NCBI GenBank assembly: GCA_016839555.1
Contig: JAEOUA010000012.1
Location: 256,001 to 320,000, forward strand
Direction: 5' to 3'
DNA length: 64,000 bases
Source: Promethearchaeota archaeon
GTDB lineage: Archaea; Asgardarchaeota; Lokiarchaeia; Sigyniarchaeales; SOKP01
Made by a program: the position numbers and the translations under genes
Notes under the pieces: generated by a model
What the model was told of the DNA's origin: nothing
Seen by the model: only the letters and a program-made list of their open reading frames with translations
Databases searched by the model: none
Part shown: positions 1 to 10,424 of the stretch, in pieces
Numbering within the stretch: the stretch's first letter is position 1
Layout of the letters: the number at the start of each line of letters is the position of its first letter

Positions 1-29
1 AAAAGAGAAAGAAAAAAGAGGGAAAGTAA

Positions 30-524
30 ATGGGAGATCCACGTAGATTAAAAAAGAAATTTAAAAAGCCCAAACATCCTTATCAAAAAGATAGGATTAT
101 GGAAGAGCTGGAATTTATTGGTAAATATGGACTTCGAAATAAGCGAGAATTCTGGAAAATGAGATCAAAATTAGCAAGATGGCGTCAAATTGCACGACAA
201 TCAAGAACACTTCCCTTAGAAAGGGCTCAAGAAGTCCAAAAAGCATTAATTAACAAACTGATTCGACTAGGCATTTTAGGACCTGAATCGACCTTTGAAG
301 ATATCCTTCAATTGACTGTCGAAGACGTTCTTCGAAGAAGACTTCAAACACTTGTTTTTGAGCATGGTTTAGCTAACACAGTTTATCATGCCCGCCAATT
401 AATCGTACACAAACATATACAAGTTGGCGATAAACGAATAAACTCTCCCTCTCATCTTGTAAAGAGTGAAGAAGAAGATCTAATCCAAATTGCGCCTACT
501 TCTCCTTTAGCAAGCGCAAAATAA
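30..524 (+). CDS. rps4: 30S ribosomal protein uS4
   Basis: MGDPR start, KYGLRNKRE, RRLQT and ARQLIVHKHI motifs of archaeal S4. Confidence 0.97.
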   Translation: MGDPRRLKKKFKKPKHPYQKDRIMEELEFIGKYGLRNKREFWKMRSKLARWRQIARQSRTLPLERAQEVQKALINKLIRLGILGPESTFEDILQLTVEDVLRRRLQTLVFEHGLANTVYHARQLIVHKHIQVGDKRINSPSHLVKSEEEDLIQIAPTSPLASAK

Positions 525-620
525 TAGAGGAATAATTGGCTATCTATTTTTATTAAATTTCTTAAAGAAAGTTAAATAAAAAAAAAGAAGTTATTTTATT
601 AATAAAATTGAGAATTCTAT

Positions 621-854
621 TTACATACCAGTTCTAGTAATTCCCATATAAACATATATCCATGAAATAGCTATTAAAGCCATTCCTATAAATCCTAGAA
701 TCTCAACCCAGTCAAAGATGAGAATTACATTTCCACCACGACCAAGAGCTGTTCTTGTAGTGCCAAGAATACAAAGGAATAAAAGAACTAATCCAATAAT
801 GGTTAAAATGAGAGATATTATTACAGTTTTTTTTTCTGGGGGACTATATGGCAT
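621..854 (-). CDS. small two-TM membrane protein, unknown function
   Basis: 77 aa ATG ORF with two hydrophobic helices, filling the gap between rps4 and rps11. Confidence 0.65.
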   Translation of the reverse strand: MPYSPPEKKTVIISLILTIIGLVLLFLCILGTTRTALGRGGNVILIFDWVEILGFIGMALIAISWIYVYMGITRTGM

Positions 855-1039
855 TAGAATTTCACTTTTTAATCTAATTTTTGTATTTTAATTTGATTTA
901 TTGATTATTAATTTATTATTTGACTAATTTAAACTTTTCTATAAAAATACGACTTAGAATCGAAATATTCTTAAATTTTGAAGATTTTATAATATTATCT
1001 GGTATTTCTGAATTATTTTAAATTAAGAGTTAGAACATA

Positions 1040-1420
1040 ATGAAAGAAGCTATTGTTCATATATACTCCAGTTTTAATAATACGATTGTAACCGCAACAG
1101 ATTTGAGTGGTGCCGAAACATTTGCAAAATGTAGTGGTGGTATGGTCGTAAAAGCAGACAGGGACGAATCAAATCCATATGCGGGGATGCAGTGTGGATT
1201 TCGAATTGCAGGTGTCCTCAAGGGATTAGGTATCGAATCAATTCATATTAAAGTACGAGCTCCAGGAGGAAACAAGTCTCAAACTCCAGGTCCTGGTGCT
1301 CAAGCATGTATTCGGGCACTTGCCCGTTCTGGATTGAATGTTGGGCGTATAGAAGAGGTTACACCTAAATCTCATGATCATTGTAGGAGAAAAGGAGGAC
1401 ACAGGGGAAGGAGAGTATAG
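1040..1420 (+). CDS. rps11: 30S ribosomal protein uS11
   Basis: [30 protein letters not shown]-terminal RGRRV. Confidence 0.97.
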   Translation: MKEAIVHIYSSFNNTIVTATDLSGAETFAKCSGGMVVKADRDESNPYAGMQCGFRIAGVLKGLGIESIHIKVRAPGGNKSQTPGPGAQACIRALARSGLNVGRIEEVTPKSHDHCRRKGGHRGRRV

Positions 1421-1714
1421 AACTCAAATTCATAGCTTTCTTTTATTAATAGAGCCCAAAACCTAATTAAAGTCCAATTTGATCTCAATAAACAGCTATA
1501 TATTTTTTTTTAAATTTTAAATTAATTTTAAATTATTATCATATTTGATATCCTCTTCTTTAAGATGGGAAACTCATTTAGTAAGTTGTCAGATTTAAAT
1601 TTAAATTTGGAAATATTAAATTATGATAGATATTGCACAAAAATTAAATTAGTGAATTATCATTAATATAATAAAGATATAAGTGATATGTCAATATTAG
1701 AGGATTGAATTATC

Positions 1715-3190
1715 ATGAGCGAAAAGGACAAAACTGATTCAATTATTAATGAAATAAAAGATATTTATAATTTCTTAACAGAGGAGGAACCTACTCCAGA
1801 TTATGAAATAGATGCTCAAAAAATACTTATTGAAAGATTAAATGAATTAAAGCAATCCGATGGATTCCAAAATTACGTTTCTAGAATTGAAAAGATTCTG
1901 AAAAAATTACGTGAATGGGACACACTTGATCATTGGTTTATTGAGACTTCTATTCCACAAGATTTAAATGATTTATTAAAAATCAAAAAGCCAGAAAGCA
2001 CTGAAGCAGTAGAAGCTAAAGAGGAAAAAGAAGTTGAGAAAAAACAAAAGGTCATTGCCCCAGATGTTGATATATCAGATATAGTCTCTCAAATTACCGC
2101 AGAATTCAAGGGAAAGATAAGTGATTTAGAAAAAAAAATAAATACACTTCACCAACAATTAGAAAAAAAGGATGAAAGAATTTCTGAACTAAAAAAGGAT
2201 GAAAATATAGTAAAAAAAAAAGCAAAAATGAAATCAAGATTACCTCCGTTAAAAATAGATTTATCTCAAATTAAAAAACCTGCTGTTTTTGATTCGGGAG
2301 ATAAAATATCTAAGGAAGAAAGTAAAGAAGATATTGGAAAAGTGGAACAAGAACCAAAAATAAAAAAGAAGGTAATTCCTCAGAAAAAAGAAGAAAAAAT
2401 TCAAGAAAAAGAAAGAATGTTAAAAATTTCCTCTGAACAATTGAAGGAGAGTATGGGAGAGAAGGAAATCAAAGCAGAAGTAGAAATTGAAGAAATAGAA
2501 TCAAAAATTGAAAACAAAAAAGAAAAAAAAATAGAAAAACCAATTCTAAAACCTCTTTCAATTAATGAAGTTCACTCTAAAAAAGAAGAAAAATCTACTA
2601 TAAAAGCTCCAATTCCAAATCAAAAAGACAAAAAATCACCTTCCCAACCTTCTATTTCCATTATCACCGAAGAAATTATCTCAGAAAGTACAAAAAATAA
2701 TTATAAAGAAAAAGAACCATTTGCTGAAGTAAAAATAGAAGAAGTAGAGGCAAAAGAAAAAAAATCATCTGCATCGGAATTATACAATGTCTTCTCTTCT
2801 ATAACTCAAAAGAATAATACCCAGAAAAAGCAAACAAAATCAAAAACAAAATCAAAAACTGCTGGAAAAGCATTAGACTCAACATCTAGAAAAGAGTTAA
2901 AAGAAGTGAGTGTAAATGATTTTGAATTAGAAGAAAGTTTTGCGGACGAAGCTTTCCAAGCAAGTATAGAAGAATTGCCAAAAGATAAAGATATTCTCTA
3001 TCAAGAACTTATTGCCCTTGAAGGTAAAAGATATTCTTTAGAAAAAACTTTAAATAAATTAGAAAATAGATATGAAAAAGGAACTATTGATGAATCGACT
3101 TTTAGAAACCAGATTGAAAAATTACAAGTAACCCTCGGAAAAATAACCAATAGAATTGGCGATTTAAGGGGAATTATTAAATCCATATAA
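1715..3190 (+). CDS. hypothetical protein: helical N-domain, coiled coil, long K/E-rich linker, C-terminal helical hairpin
   Basis: 491 aa ORF with GAGG upstream; composition and heptad pattern. Confidence 0.8.
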   Translation: MSEKDKTDSIINEIKDIYNFLTEEEPTPDYEIDAQKILIERLNELKQSDGFQNYVSRIEKILKKLREWDTLDHWFIETSIPQDLNDLLKIKKPESTEAVEAKEEKEVEKKQKVIAPDVDISDIVSQITAEFKGKISDLEKKINTLHQQLEKKDERISELKKDENIVKKKAKMKSRLPPLKIDLSQIKKPAVFDSGDKISKEESKEDIGKVEQEPKIKKKVIPQKKEEKIQEKERMLKISSEQLKESMGEKEIKAEVEIEEIESKIENKKEKKIEKPILKPLSINEVHSKKEEKSTIKAPIPNQKDKKSPSQPSISIITEEIISESTKNNYKEKEPFAEVKIEEVEAKEKKSSASELYNVFSSITQKNNTQKKQTKSKTKSKTAGKALDSTSRKELKEVSVNDFELEESFADEAFQASIEELPKDKDILYQELIALEGKRYSLEKTLNKLENRYEKGTIDESTFRNQIEKLQVTLGKITNRIGDLRGIIKSI

Positions 3191-3276
3191 AATCAGTCAA
3201 CAAATATAAATTAATTAATTTAAAAATATTCTCTTATTGACGAAATAAGGATTTTATAAAAGATTAGCAAAAAAAT

Positions 3277-4080
3277 TTATGTTATTTTAAAAATAGGGGG
3301 CAAAGTTTTCTTGTGAAAAGAGGATCTCATCATATTTTTCACTTTAAATACATTTTCCTCATTTAAATCATTCATATCTAAATTATTATCTATTCTATAA
3401 ATAATCTCATCTAATATATCATATGAAATCCCAATTTCATCTTCATCTGTTTGTCCTTTCCAGAGCCCTGCAGAGGGTGGTTTCTTTATTATTTTTTCCG
3501 GAATATTTAGGTGTTTAGCTAGTTCCCTTACTTCACATTTGTAAAGATCCCCCATTAGTTCAAAATCTACAGCGCCATCACCATATTTTGTAAAATAACC
3601 AATAGCTATTTCCGTTCTATTTCCTGTTCCTGCTATTAAATACAGTCCTAAGGATTGACCAATATAATATAAAGTTGTCATTCTTAACCTTGGTTTAACA
3701 TTTGCTAAAGCTAAAATATTATCGCTCCACATATCTTCTCTTATATTAATTATATTGAATTTAGTTACTTCTAATGAAGATATAATACTATCTTTAAATT
3801 CATTAAAAAGAGGTGTAATATCTATCTTTATTATTTCTATTCCAAGTTGATTTGCAATTAATTTTGCATCTTCAAAATCTTGGGGATTAGATTCACAAGG
3901 AAGACTTACTCCAAGAACCTTTTCCTTTCCCAAAGCTCTTACGCATAATGAGGCTACTACTGAACTATCTATGCCTCCGCTCAATCCTATCACGACCCCA
4001 TCGGCTTTAGCTGAAGAAATATAGTTTTTAATCCATTCTTGAATATCTAATTTTACCTTTTCTATATTGAGAGATCTCAT
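3277..4080 (-). CDS. nadE: NH3-dependent NAD+ synthetase
   Basis: GLSGGIDS PP-loop, GYFTKYGDG, PPSAGLW.GQTDE. Confidence 0.96.
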   Translation of the reverse strand: MRSLNIEKVKLDIQEWIKNYISSAKADGVVIGLSGGIDSSVVASLCVRALGKEKVLGVSLPCESNPQDFEDAKLIANQLGIEIIKIDITPLFNEFKDSIISSLEVTKFNIINIREDMWSDNILALANVKPRLRMTTLYYIGQSLGLYLIAGTGNRTEIAIGYFTKYGDGAVDFELMGDLYKCEVRELAKHLNIPEKIIKKPPSAGLWKGQTDEDEIGISYDILDEIIYRIDNNLDMNDLNEENVFKVKNMMRSSFHKKTLPPIFKIT

Positions 4081-4186
4081 CTTAAATATTATTATGTTAA
4101 AAATATTAAATAAAACTTATTTTGAAAAATTAATATTAATAAATATTAATCTATAAAATAAGTCAGAAAGAGAAAAAAGACTTATT

Positions 4187-4603
4187 ATGAGCGAAGAATT
4201 TAAAAAGTTAGTGGATGAATCATTCGAAAAGTCATTTAATCCAATTTGGATTTATACCGATGATTATTTATATGGACTGATGCCTGCGGATGAAGAGGGA
4301 AACCGATGGACTGAAGTTTCTTATACCTTTGAGATGGATGACCCGCTTCAAATAAAAGAAAGAAATGCGATGTTATCTTACCAATTCCTCTTTGAAGAAT
4401 TAGAAAAAGGGGTCTCGTTCTATGTGAAAGATTTTAATGTTAATAACTTAAAGAATTTTGCTAATTCTATCCAAGACAAGTCCGATCCCGAGAAAATAAA
4501 AGCTTTAATTAATGAAATAAAGACAAATCCTGAGAAATATTCTCAAAACTTACCCATGGTTTTTAATAAAGAAAATTTAGACATTATAAAACAAAAAGTT
4601 TAA
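4187..4603 (+). CDS. hypothetical protein
   Basis: 138 aa ATG ORF, normal composition. Confidence 0.75.
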   Translation: MSEEFKKLVDESFEKSFNPIWIYTDDYLYGLMPADEEGNRWTEVSYTFEMDDPLQIKERNAMLSYQFLFEELEKGVSFYVKDFNVNNLKNFANSIQDKSDPEKIKALINEIKTNPEKYSQNLPMVFNKENLDIIKQKV

Positions 4604-4614
4604 TTATTCCTTTT

Positions 4615-5112
4615 TTATAAATATAAATTATCTCGCTGTGGATATCTTTTCCTAAATTCTTTATCCACTTTTCTCGCTAATTGATATCCGATATTAGGTT
4701 TCTTTTCTGAAATAATTTTTTTTAAATGATTTCCATGAGATTTAGAGTATTTTTCAATTCCAGCAGCTATGATATTTTTATCTTTATTAATTGGAACTGC
4801 CATTCCAAAAAGGCGCAATATATCATCTGGAGATAATTTTTTTCCTATTTGCTCATCAATTTCCTTGTCAAGGTTTTTAATTACGGTTCCCATTGAAAGT
4901 GCTGAATAAGGGCTTAACCATTTAGATTTCAACCAGTAAGTATTCGGTTTTTTTTCGATAAACGTATCAGTATTACCTTTCTCATCCGAATCCCCAATTA
5001 TGCTCCAATTTTTTGGATCTTTATCATAATGTTTTTTCATCTTTTTAATTAAATAAGAGATAGGTTCAACACCATGATAATCTTCCTTTTCTTTAGACTC
5101 GTTTTTATTCAT
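4615..5112 (-). CDS. hypothetical protein
   Basis: 165 aa ATG ORF, convergent with the previous gene. Confidence 0.75.
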   Translation of the reverse strand: MNKNESKEKEDYHGVEPISYLIKKMKKHYDKDPKNWSIIGDSDEKGNTDTFIEKKPNTYWLKSKWLSPYSALSMGTVIKNLDKEIDEQIGKKLSPDDILRLFGMAVPINKDKNIIAAGIEKYSKSHGNHLKKIISEKKPNIGYQLARKVDKEFRKRYPQRDNLYL

Positions 5113-5277
5113 ACTCTCAATTATAAATAATAAAAAAAACTATAAAAACTTAAACCATATTAAACATAATTAAATCTATATTAGAAAATTGAATTACAAA
5201 GTTATTTCTAGGTTATTATATGTCTTTTAGATAATAATACTATATATATCTAATCTTTATAATAATATATTAGACAC

Positions 5278-7170
5278 ATGATTGATGAAGAAGAAACTTT
5301 AACCAACAAATTCGAAGAATTAATTAAAGAAAGAGAGTACCAAAAAGCTCACCAATTTTTATCAAATTTAGATAAAAAAGAGGAAAAATTTTTACAAAAC
5401 TATAATAAACGTAAAAAAGAGGGAGTTTACTATACTAACTTTAATTTATCCAAATTTATTGTTGAAAAAACACTATTACTATACATAAATGATAAATCTA
5501 AGCTACAATTAAAAGATCTAAATGAAATTATCGATTTAGATTATAGTATAAAAAAAGAAATACAAAATCTTTTAAAAGAATTAACAATTTGCGATCCAAC
5601 GTGTGGCTCCGGCAATTTTTTGTCTAACTCCACAATTATTTTGCATAATACATTGAATAACACTTTACAAAAGAACGAAGAATCTAAATTTAAATTTCAA
5701 ATTTTAAAAAATATTTACGGATTTGACATAAATAATCATTCTATAATATTCTCTAAATTAAAATTAATTAATTGGTTTTATAATGGTGATAATTTTAATA
5801 ATTATTATGAGATAAAACCAATTATAAATTCTAATATTTTAAAGAAAAATAGTCTAATCAATTCAAATCTATCAGAATTAAACCTTAAAAGAGAGAAATT
5901 TGATATAATCATTGGTAATCCCCCTTATGGAAATATATTAAATCAATATGAAAAAAAATTATTAAAAAGAGAGGGTATTTATTTTAAAGATATATATTGC
6001 GCCTATTTATTAAAAGCTTTAGATATGTGCGATGGTTTCATTGGATTTTTAATTCCAAAAAGCTTTCTTATGCGACAGAGCTATATTAATTTTAGAAAAG
6101 AATTCCTCTCTAAAGCGGATTTATTAAATATTTATGATCTAGGTTCTAATATCTTCAGAACTGCGACTAATGAAGTTCAAATCTTAATCTATAAGAAAAT
6201 TTCTAAAAGCTCAAAGAAAACATTCCAAAATTTTTCAAATGATTTAAATATCTATAATTTCCCAAATGAAAAAATCAATTCCTATGAGAATCAGATTTTC
6301 GATGATCTTAGGGTTTGCTTTAATTATGAATGTCCATTAAATAATAAGGCAAAAAAATTTTATATTTACACTTATAAAGAACACTGCCCTACTTGTTTTT
6401 CAAAAACAACGAATTTAAATAGAATAAGAATTAAATGTACAAAAGAAATACTCCAACTAATCAATAGTATTGAAAAAAAAGGAGATCTTAATTATCTAAA
6501 TGTAAGAGATTATCCTAAATTAATACGGGGAGAAGAAGCGGAAGGTTTAAAAGAAGTTAAGTTTGTCCTTAGAAAAGAAAATAAAGGTGATTGTTACTTC
6601 ATTGACGCAAAATACGATTTTCATCCCTATTATTTTAATACATCTAAATTATTTAATCTTGAACTAATAGATCCTAAGAAGCTTAAAGGTAATGCAAAAG
6701 AATATTATAAAGGTCCAAAATTGCTCATTAAACACAATAATATTTATCCAGAAGCATTATTTACAGAGGAAAAAACTTGTTTTACTTCATCAATCTATTC
6801 TCTCTTATACAAAAAAAAAGAAGAATTAAAGTATCTATGTGCGCTTTTAAATTCTCTACTTATTCATTTTTATTGTATTTTTGGAATAAATAATCAAAGA
6901 GACACCACTATTAACCTAAATCAATATATGATAAGGCACCTTCCCATTATTAATATAAATAATTATGAGAAAAGAGATTTAGTAAATCTAGTTGAATTAA
7001 TAACTCATGAGCTTAGAATAGCTAATGGAAAAATGCATCTTCTTATTAAAGAGGATATCAAAAAATTAAATAATTGCATATTTAATTTATATTCAATAAA
7101 TAATGAAGAAAAAAAATTAATAATATCAGAAGTAAAAAAATTCAATCAAAATTTTAACTCTATTTATTAA
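5278..7170 (+). CDS. N6-adenine DNA methyltransferase (gamma class, TaqI/Eco57I-like) with C-terminal target recognition region
   Basis: GVYYT (motif X), DPTCGSGNFL (motif I), FDIIIGNPPY (motif IV), C-terminal YLCALLNS...HLPI. Confidence 0.9.
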   Translation: MIDEEETLTNKFEELIKEREYQKAHQFLSNLDKKEEKFLQNYNKRKKEGVYYTNFNLSKFIVEKTLLLYINDKSKLQLKDLNEIIDLDYSIKKEIQNLLKELTICDPTCGSGNFLSNSTIILHNTLNNTLQKNEESKFKFQILKNIYGFDINNHSIIFSKLKLINWFYNGDNFNNYYEIKPIINSNILKKNSLINSNLSELNLKREKFDIIIGNPPYGNILNQYEKKLLKREGIYFKDIYCAYLLKALDMCDGFIGFLIPKSFLMRQSYINFRKEFLSKADLLNIYDLGSNIFRTATNEVQILIYKKISKSSKKTFQNFSNDLNIYNFPNEKINSYENQIFDDLRVCFNYECPLNNKAKKFYIYTYKEHCPTCFSKTTNLNRIRIKCTKEILQLINSIEKKGDLNYLNVRDYPKLIRGEEAEGLKEVKFVLRKENKGDCYFIDAKYDFHPYYFNTSKLFNLELIDPKKLKGNAKEYYKGPKLLIKHNNIYPEALFTEEKTCFTSSIYSLLYKKKEELKYLCALLNSLLIHFYCIFGINNQRDTTINLNQYMIRHLPIININNYEKRDLVNLVELITHELRIANGKMHLLIKEDIKKLNNCIFNLYSINNEEKKLIISEVKKFNQNFNSIY

Positions 7171-7181
7171 TAAAATCGATA

Positions 7182-7709
7182 ATGAAATACTCTAATTTTA
7201 AAAATTCTGAATTTTATACATTTTTTAATATAAGTGAAACGTTATCGGAGAAATTTAGCGCTGATTTAACAAAAATATCATTAAAAACAGGCGGGTTTCA
7301 AGAACATATTGATCTTTATATTTATAGAGATAATAACGATGAAATTAGGAAAGTTCAATTATACTTAAATCGAGATTGGATAGGCAATACTAATTCAATA
7401 AATCCTTTTGGTACGGATATAGCAAAGAGTTTTATTGATCTTTTTTTACCTAAAGAGTATGATCCTAAATTTAAAAAGCATCTTGTTCATTATCTTTTCA
7501 ATTTGAGAGGCGATCATCAAGTGGTTATTCCATTACATAAAGCATTCCAAGGATTTGAGGAATCATCTCCCGAAATCCAACCTTTTTTAGATGTATATCG
7601 AAATACAAAGAAAACAGCAAGAAAAACCTTTAAAGATTTTGTTTTAAATATGGAAAACCTCATAAAAAATGATAAGAACCTCCTTTTTATTGAAATTAAT
7701 TGCAAATGA
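7182..7709 (+). CDS. hypothetical protein, probably co-transcribed with the MTase
   Basis: 175 aa ORF starting 11 bp after the MTase stop. Confidence 0.75.
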   Translation: MKYSNFKNSEFYTFFNISETLSEKFSADLTKISLKTGGFQEHIDLYIYRDNNDEIRKVQLYLNRDWIGNTNSINPFGTDIAKSFIDLFLPKEYDPKFKKHLVHYLFNLRGDHQVVIPLHKAFQGFEESSPEIQPFLDVYRNTKKTARKTFKDFVLNMENLIKNDKNLLFIEINCK

Positions 7710-7795
7710 TCGAATTTAATTAAAAAAAAATCTTTATCAAAAATTAGAATATATAAACTCCTTTTTTAATAAAAAAACAAAAGATGTAAAAGAAA

Positions 7796-8431
7796 ATGGA
7801 CTCCAAGAAGAAACTTTTCGAAAATATAGAAATTATAATTTTCCGGATTATATTATGCATTATAAGCTGGTATAGTTTGTTGACATTGATATTTAGAAGC
7901 CTCTTTTATGCAATTCAACAAAAGAATATAAACATTTTTATAGGTATATTGAGTTATTTCTCAATTCAAACAGATATATTAATAGCATTATGGTTAACTT
8001 TTTCATTGATATATATGAATAAAGAGAAAAAACCTATATTTCTACATCCTAGTGTTCTCGGGGCTATTACCGTATATGCTTCTTTTACATTTTTAGTTTT
8101 TGTGTTTATATTACAGCCATTAGAACAGTTCATTATAATTGATGTTAACCATTATTTCATCCCTGTTTTTTTTATTATCCATTGGTTTTATATTAAACCT
8201 AAAAATGAATATAAAAAAGCATATGCTTTATATTGGTTGATTTATCCTACTATTTATCTTTTTTATATCTTTATTGGTGGGATTCTAACTAATAAATTCC
8301 CTTATCCATTTTTAGACTTGAATCTTATTAATCCATTGTTATATATTATTAATAATATTCTCATTGTTGGCTTTTTTTATTTACTAGGAAGAATATTCAT
8401 CTTCATAAATCAAAAAAGTATAATAAAATGA
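7796..8431 (+). CDS. Pr6Pr/FAR-17a-like integral membrane protein
   Basis: YFSIQT, HYFIP, WLIYP.IYL and FPYPFLD motifs with ~6 TM helices. Confidence 0.8.
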   Translation: MDSKKKLFENIEIIIFRIILCIISWYSLLTLIFRSLFYAIQQKNINIFIGILSYFSIQTDILIALWLTFSLIYMNKEKKPIFLHPSVLGAITVYASFTFLVFVFILQPLEQFIIIDVNHYFIPVFFIIHWFYIKPKNEYKKAYALYWLIYPTIYLFYIFIGGILTNKFPYPFLDLNLINPLLYIINNILIVGFFYLLGRIFIFINQKSIIK

Positions 8432-8481
8432 AAAATTTTGAATAAATTCTTAGAAGAAGATGGAATTAAGACTTTTGTATT

Positions 8482-9483
8482 CTATGCAAGTTTAAAATAA
8501 AAATCACAATACTTATCACCTATCCCGAGGAATTTCTTCCTCTTTAAACTAATTTGAGGATTAAAAGCTTTTAAAGCCGGCTCATAAAAAGGAATACACA
8601 TTTCTTTGCATATCGCTTCAATTTTATCATGACGCTCAGGATTTCTCTGCATTATCTTGTAATAAGGGCATTCTGTAATATGTAAAATAGCTTCCCTCCT
8701 CTCATTTTTTACAATCTTATAATTATACCCTTCACAATTCCAGCAAAAAGATAATATTTTAATCAAATCTTGAAGTGAATTTCCTTGGATCGCTAAATAT
8801 CTTTTTATACGACGGAAGATTATTTTATATAATCGCTGCCATACTACAATATCAACCTTCAACGCAGTTGCCCAATCAATCTCATTCTCCACTTCAATAA
8901 TCCATAATCCATCCATTGTAAAAAAATTAGGTTCAAAATATAATAGTTTATCATTTACACCTATATTAAATTTAATTAATTCTTTAGACGGAAAGAATTT
9001 TTTATCATTATGATAAAATTGAAAATCACAATAATCGCTATCAAGTCCGCTAAAATATTCTCTTTTAATTTTGATATCTGCATTAAAGTCCTTTACAACA
9101 GTTTCATAAAAAGGAATACACATATCCTTGCATATTGATTTAATTCTATTATGACGATTGGGATTTCGTGTCATTGCTTCATTATAAGGGCAGGATATAA
9201 TCTTTATTATTCCATCTTCTGCAATTTCAAACTCCCATCCTTCAATTATCCAACGATAAGTTAGAATTTTAATTAAATTTTCGATATTATTTTCCTTAAA
9301 TCCTAAATAACGTTTAATTCTCCGTATTATGATTATTAATAATCTTACCCACACATTAAGATCTATTTTTAACGCAGTCTCCCAATCTGTTTCCTTTTCC
9401 GTCTCAATCATCCACAAGCCATCTAAAGTTTTGAAATGATTCTCAAAAAAGAATAGCTTATCCTTTTTCGATACTTTCTTCAT
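8482..9483 (-). CDS. tandem DUF6125 / V4R-like (ATC-hydrolase-like) domain protein
   Basis: two ~160 aa repeats, each with DGLW...D..VW, CPY, C..MC and a terminal CDF. Confidence 0.7.
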   Translation of the reverse strand: MKKVSKKDKLFFFENHFKTLDGLWMIETEKETDWETALKIDLNVWVRLLIIIIRRIKRYLGFKENNIENLIKILTYRWIIEGWEFEIAEDGIIKIISCPYNEAMTRNPNRHNRIKSICKDMCIPFYETVVKDFNADIKIKREYFSGLDSDYCDFQFYHNDKKFFPSKELIKFNIGVNDKLLYFEPNFFTMDGLWIIEVENEIDWATALKVDIVVWQRLYKIIFRRIKRYLAIQGNSLQDLIKILSFCWNCEGYNYKIVKNERREAILHITECPYYKIMQRNPERHDKIEAICKEMCIPFYEPALKAFNPQISLKRKKFLGIGDKYCDFYFKLA

Positions 9484-9621
9484 AATTTAGATAATTTAGA
9501 TTAAAAATTAAATGTTCTTGAACTAAAACAAAATTCTTTTATAGTGTTGAATAAATCTATTTAATCAATTTTTAATCAATAAATTAGTTTTATTATATTA
9601 ATATTATTAACTGATAATTTT

Positions 9622-10242
9622 ATGTCCAAAAAACCATGGAATGAACAATGTAATTGTCAAGATTGTGATCTACAAGAAAAATTAATGTGTAATCCAAGTC
9701 TAAAATATAGCCTTTATTTTGGGATTCCTCTGCTTCTTGGAATAATCCCTCCTATTATAGGAATAATTATTTCTGACTTCACCCTTCTTTCAAAAATTGT
9801 AATTTTATTAGGCTGGTTAATTTATGCTCTCTTCTTCTTTATGGTTTGGGAAAGTAGAATTATTTGTAATCATTGTCCTTATTATGCGGATGAGTCCCAA
9901 AAAACTCTTCATTGTCCAATTAATAAATTTATGTTAAAAACTTCAAAATATGATCCTAGTCAAATAAGTGGTTTAGAAAAGATACAATTTATTATAGGCG
10001 CAACAATTCTTATAGGATATCCAATACCATTCTTAATTATTGACGGACAAATCATTCCGATTCTATTCTTAATCGGTGGAACAATAATATGGATTATTGT
10101 AGCTCAATTAGAAGTATGTTCTGATTGTATCAATTTTTCTTGTATTTTAAATAGAGTACCTGAAAATATTAGAGATAAATTTTTAAAAAAAACCCCAATT
10201 ATTCAAAAAGCTTGGGAAGAGGAAGGATATGAAATTGACTAA
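9622..10242 (+). CDS. Cys-rich four-TM membrane protein
   Basis: CNCQDC, CNHCPYY, CSDCINFSC flanking two helical hairpins. Confidence 0.75.
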   Translation: MSKKPWNEQCNCQDCDLQEKLMCNPSLKYSLYFGIPLLLGIIPPIIGIIISDFTLLSKIVILLGWLIYALFFFMVWESRIICNHCPYYADESQKTLHCPINKFMLKTSKYDPSQISGLEKIQFIIGATILIGYPIPFLIIDGQIIPILFLIGGTIIWIIVAQLEVCSDCINFSCILNRVPENIRDKFLKKTPIIQKAWEEEGYEID

Positions 10243-10424
10243 TCTAAATATTTATTATTACTATGAAACCTTTCTATGAAACCTTTAGTTGTTTATAAAA
10301 AAGATTAATTCTTTTACCTCTCATATAAATCTATTCACTCATGAAATAAAAAAACCTAGTTGTTTAATATTCTATATTATAATAAGAAAATTTATTAGAG
10401 AATAAAAAAAAAAAATACATAATT

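Noticed and set aside
2850-2860. End of a short AAAACAAAATC-type tandem repeat (~2833-2859, encoding TKSKTKSKT) in the 491 aa gene
   Set aside because: Ordinary low-complexity coding repeat in a disordered linker
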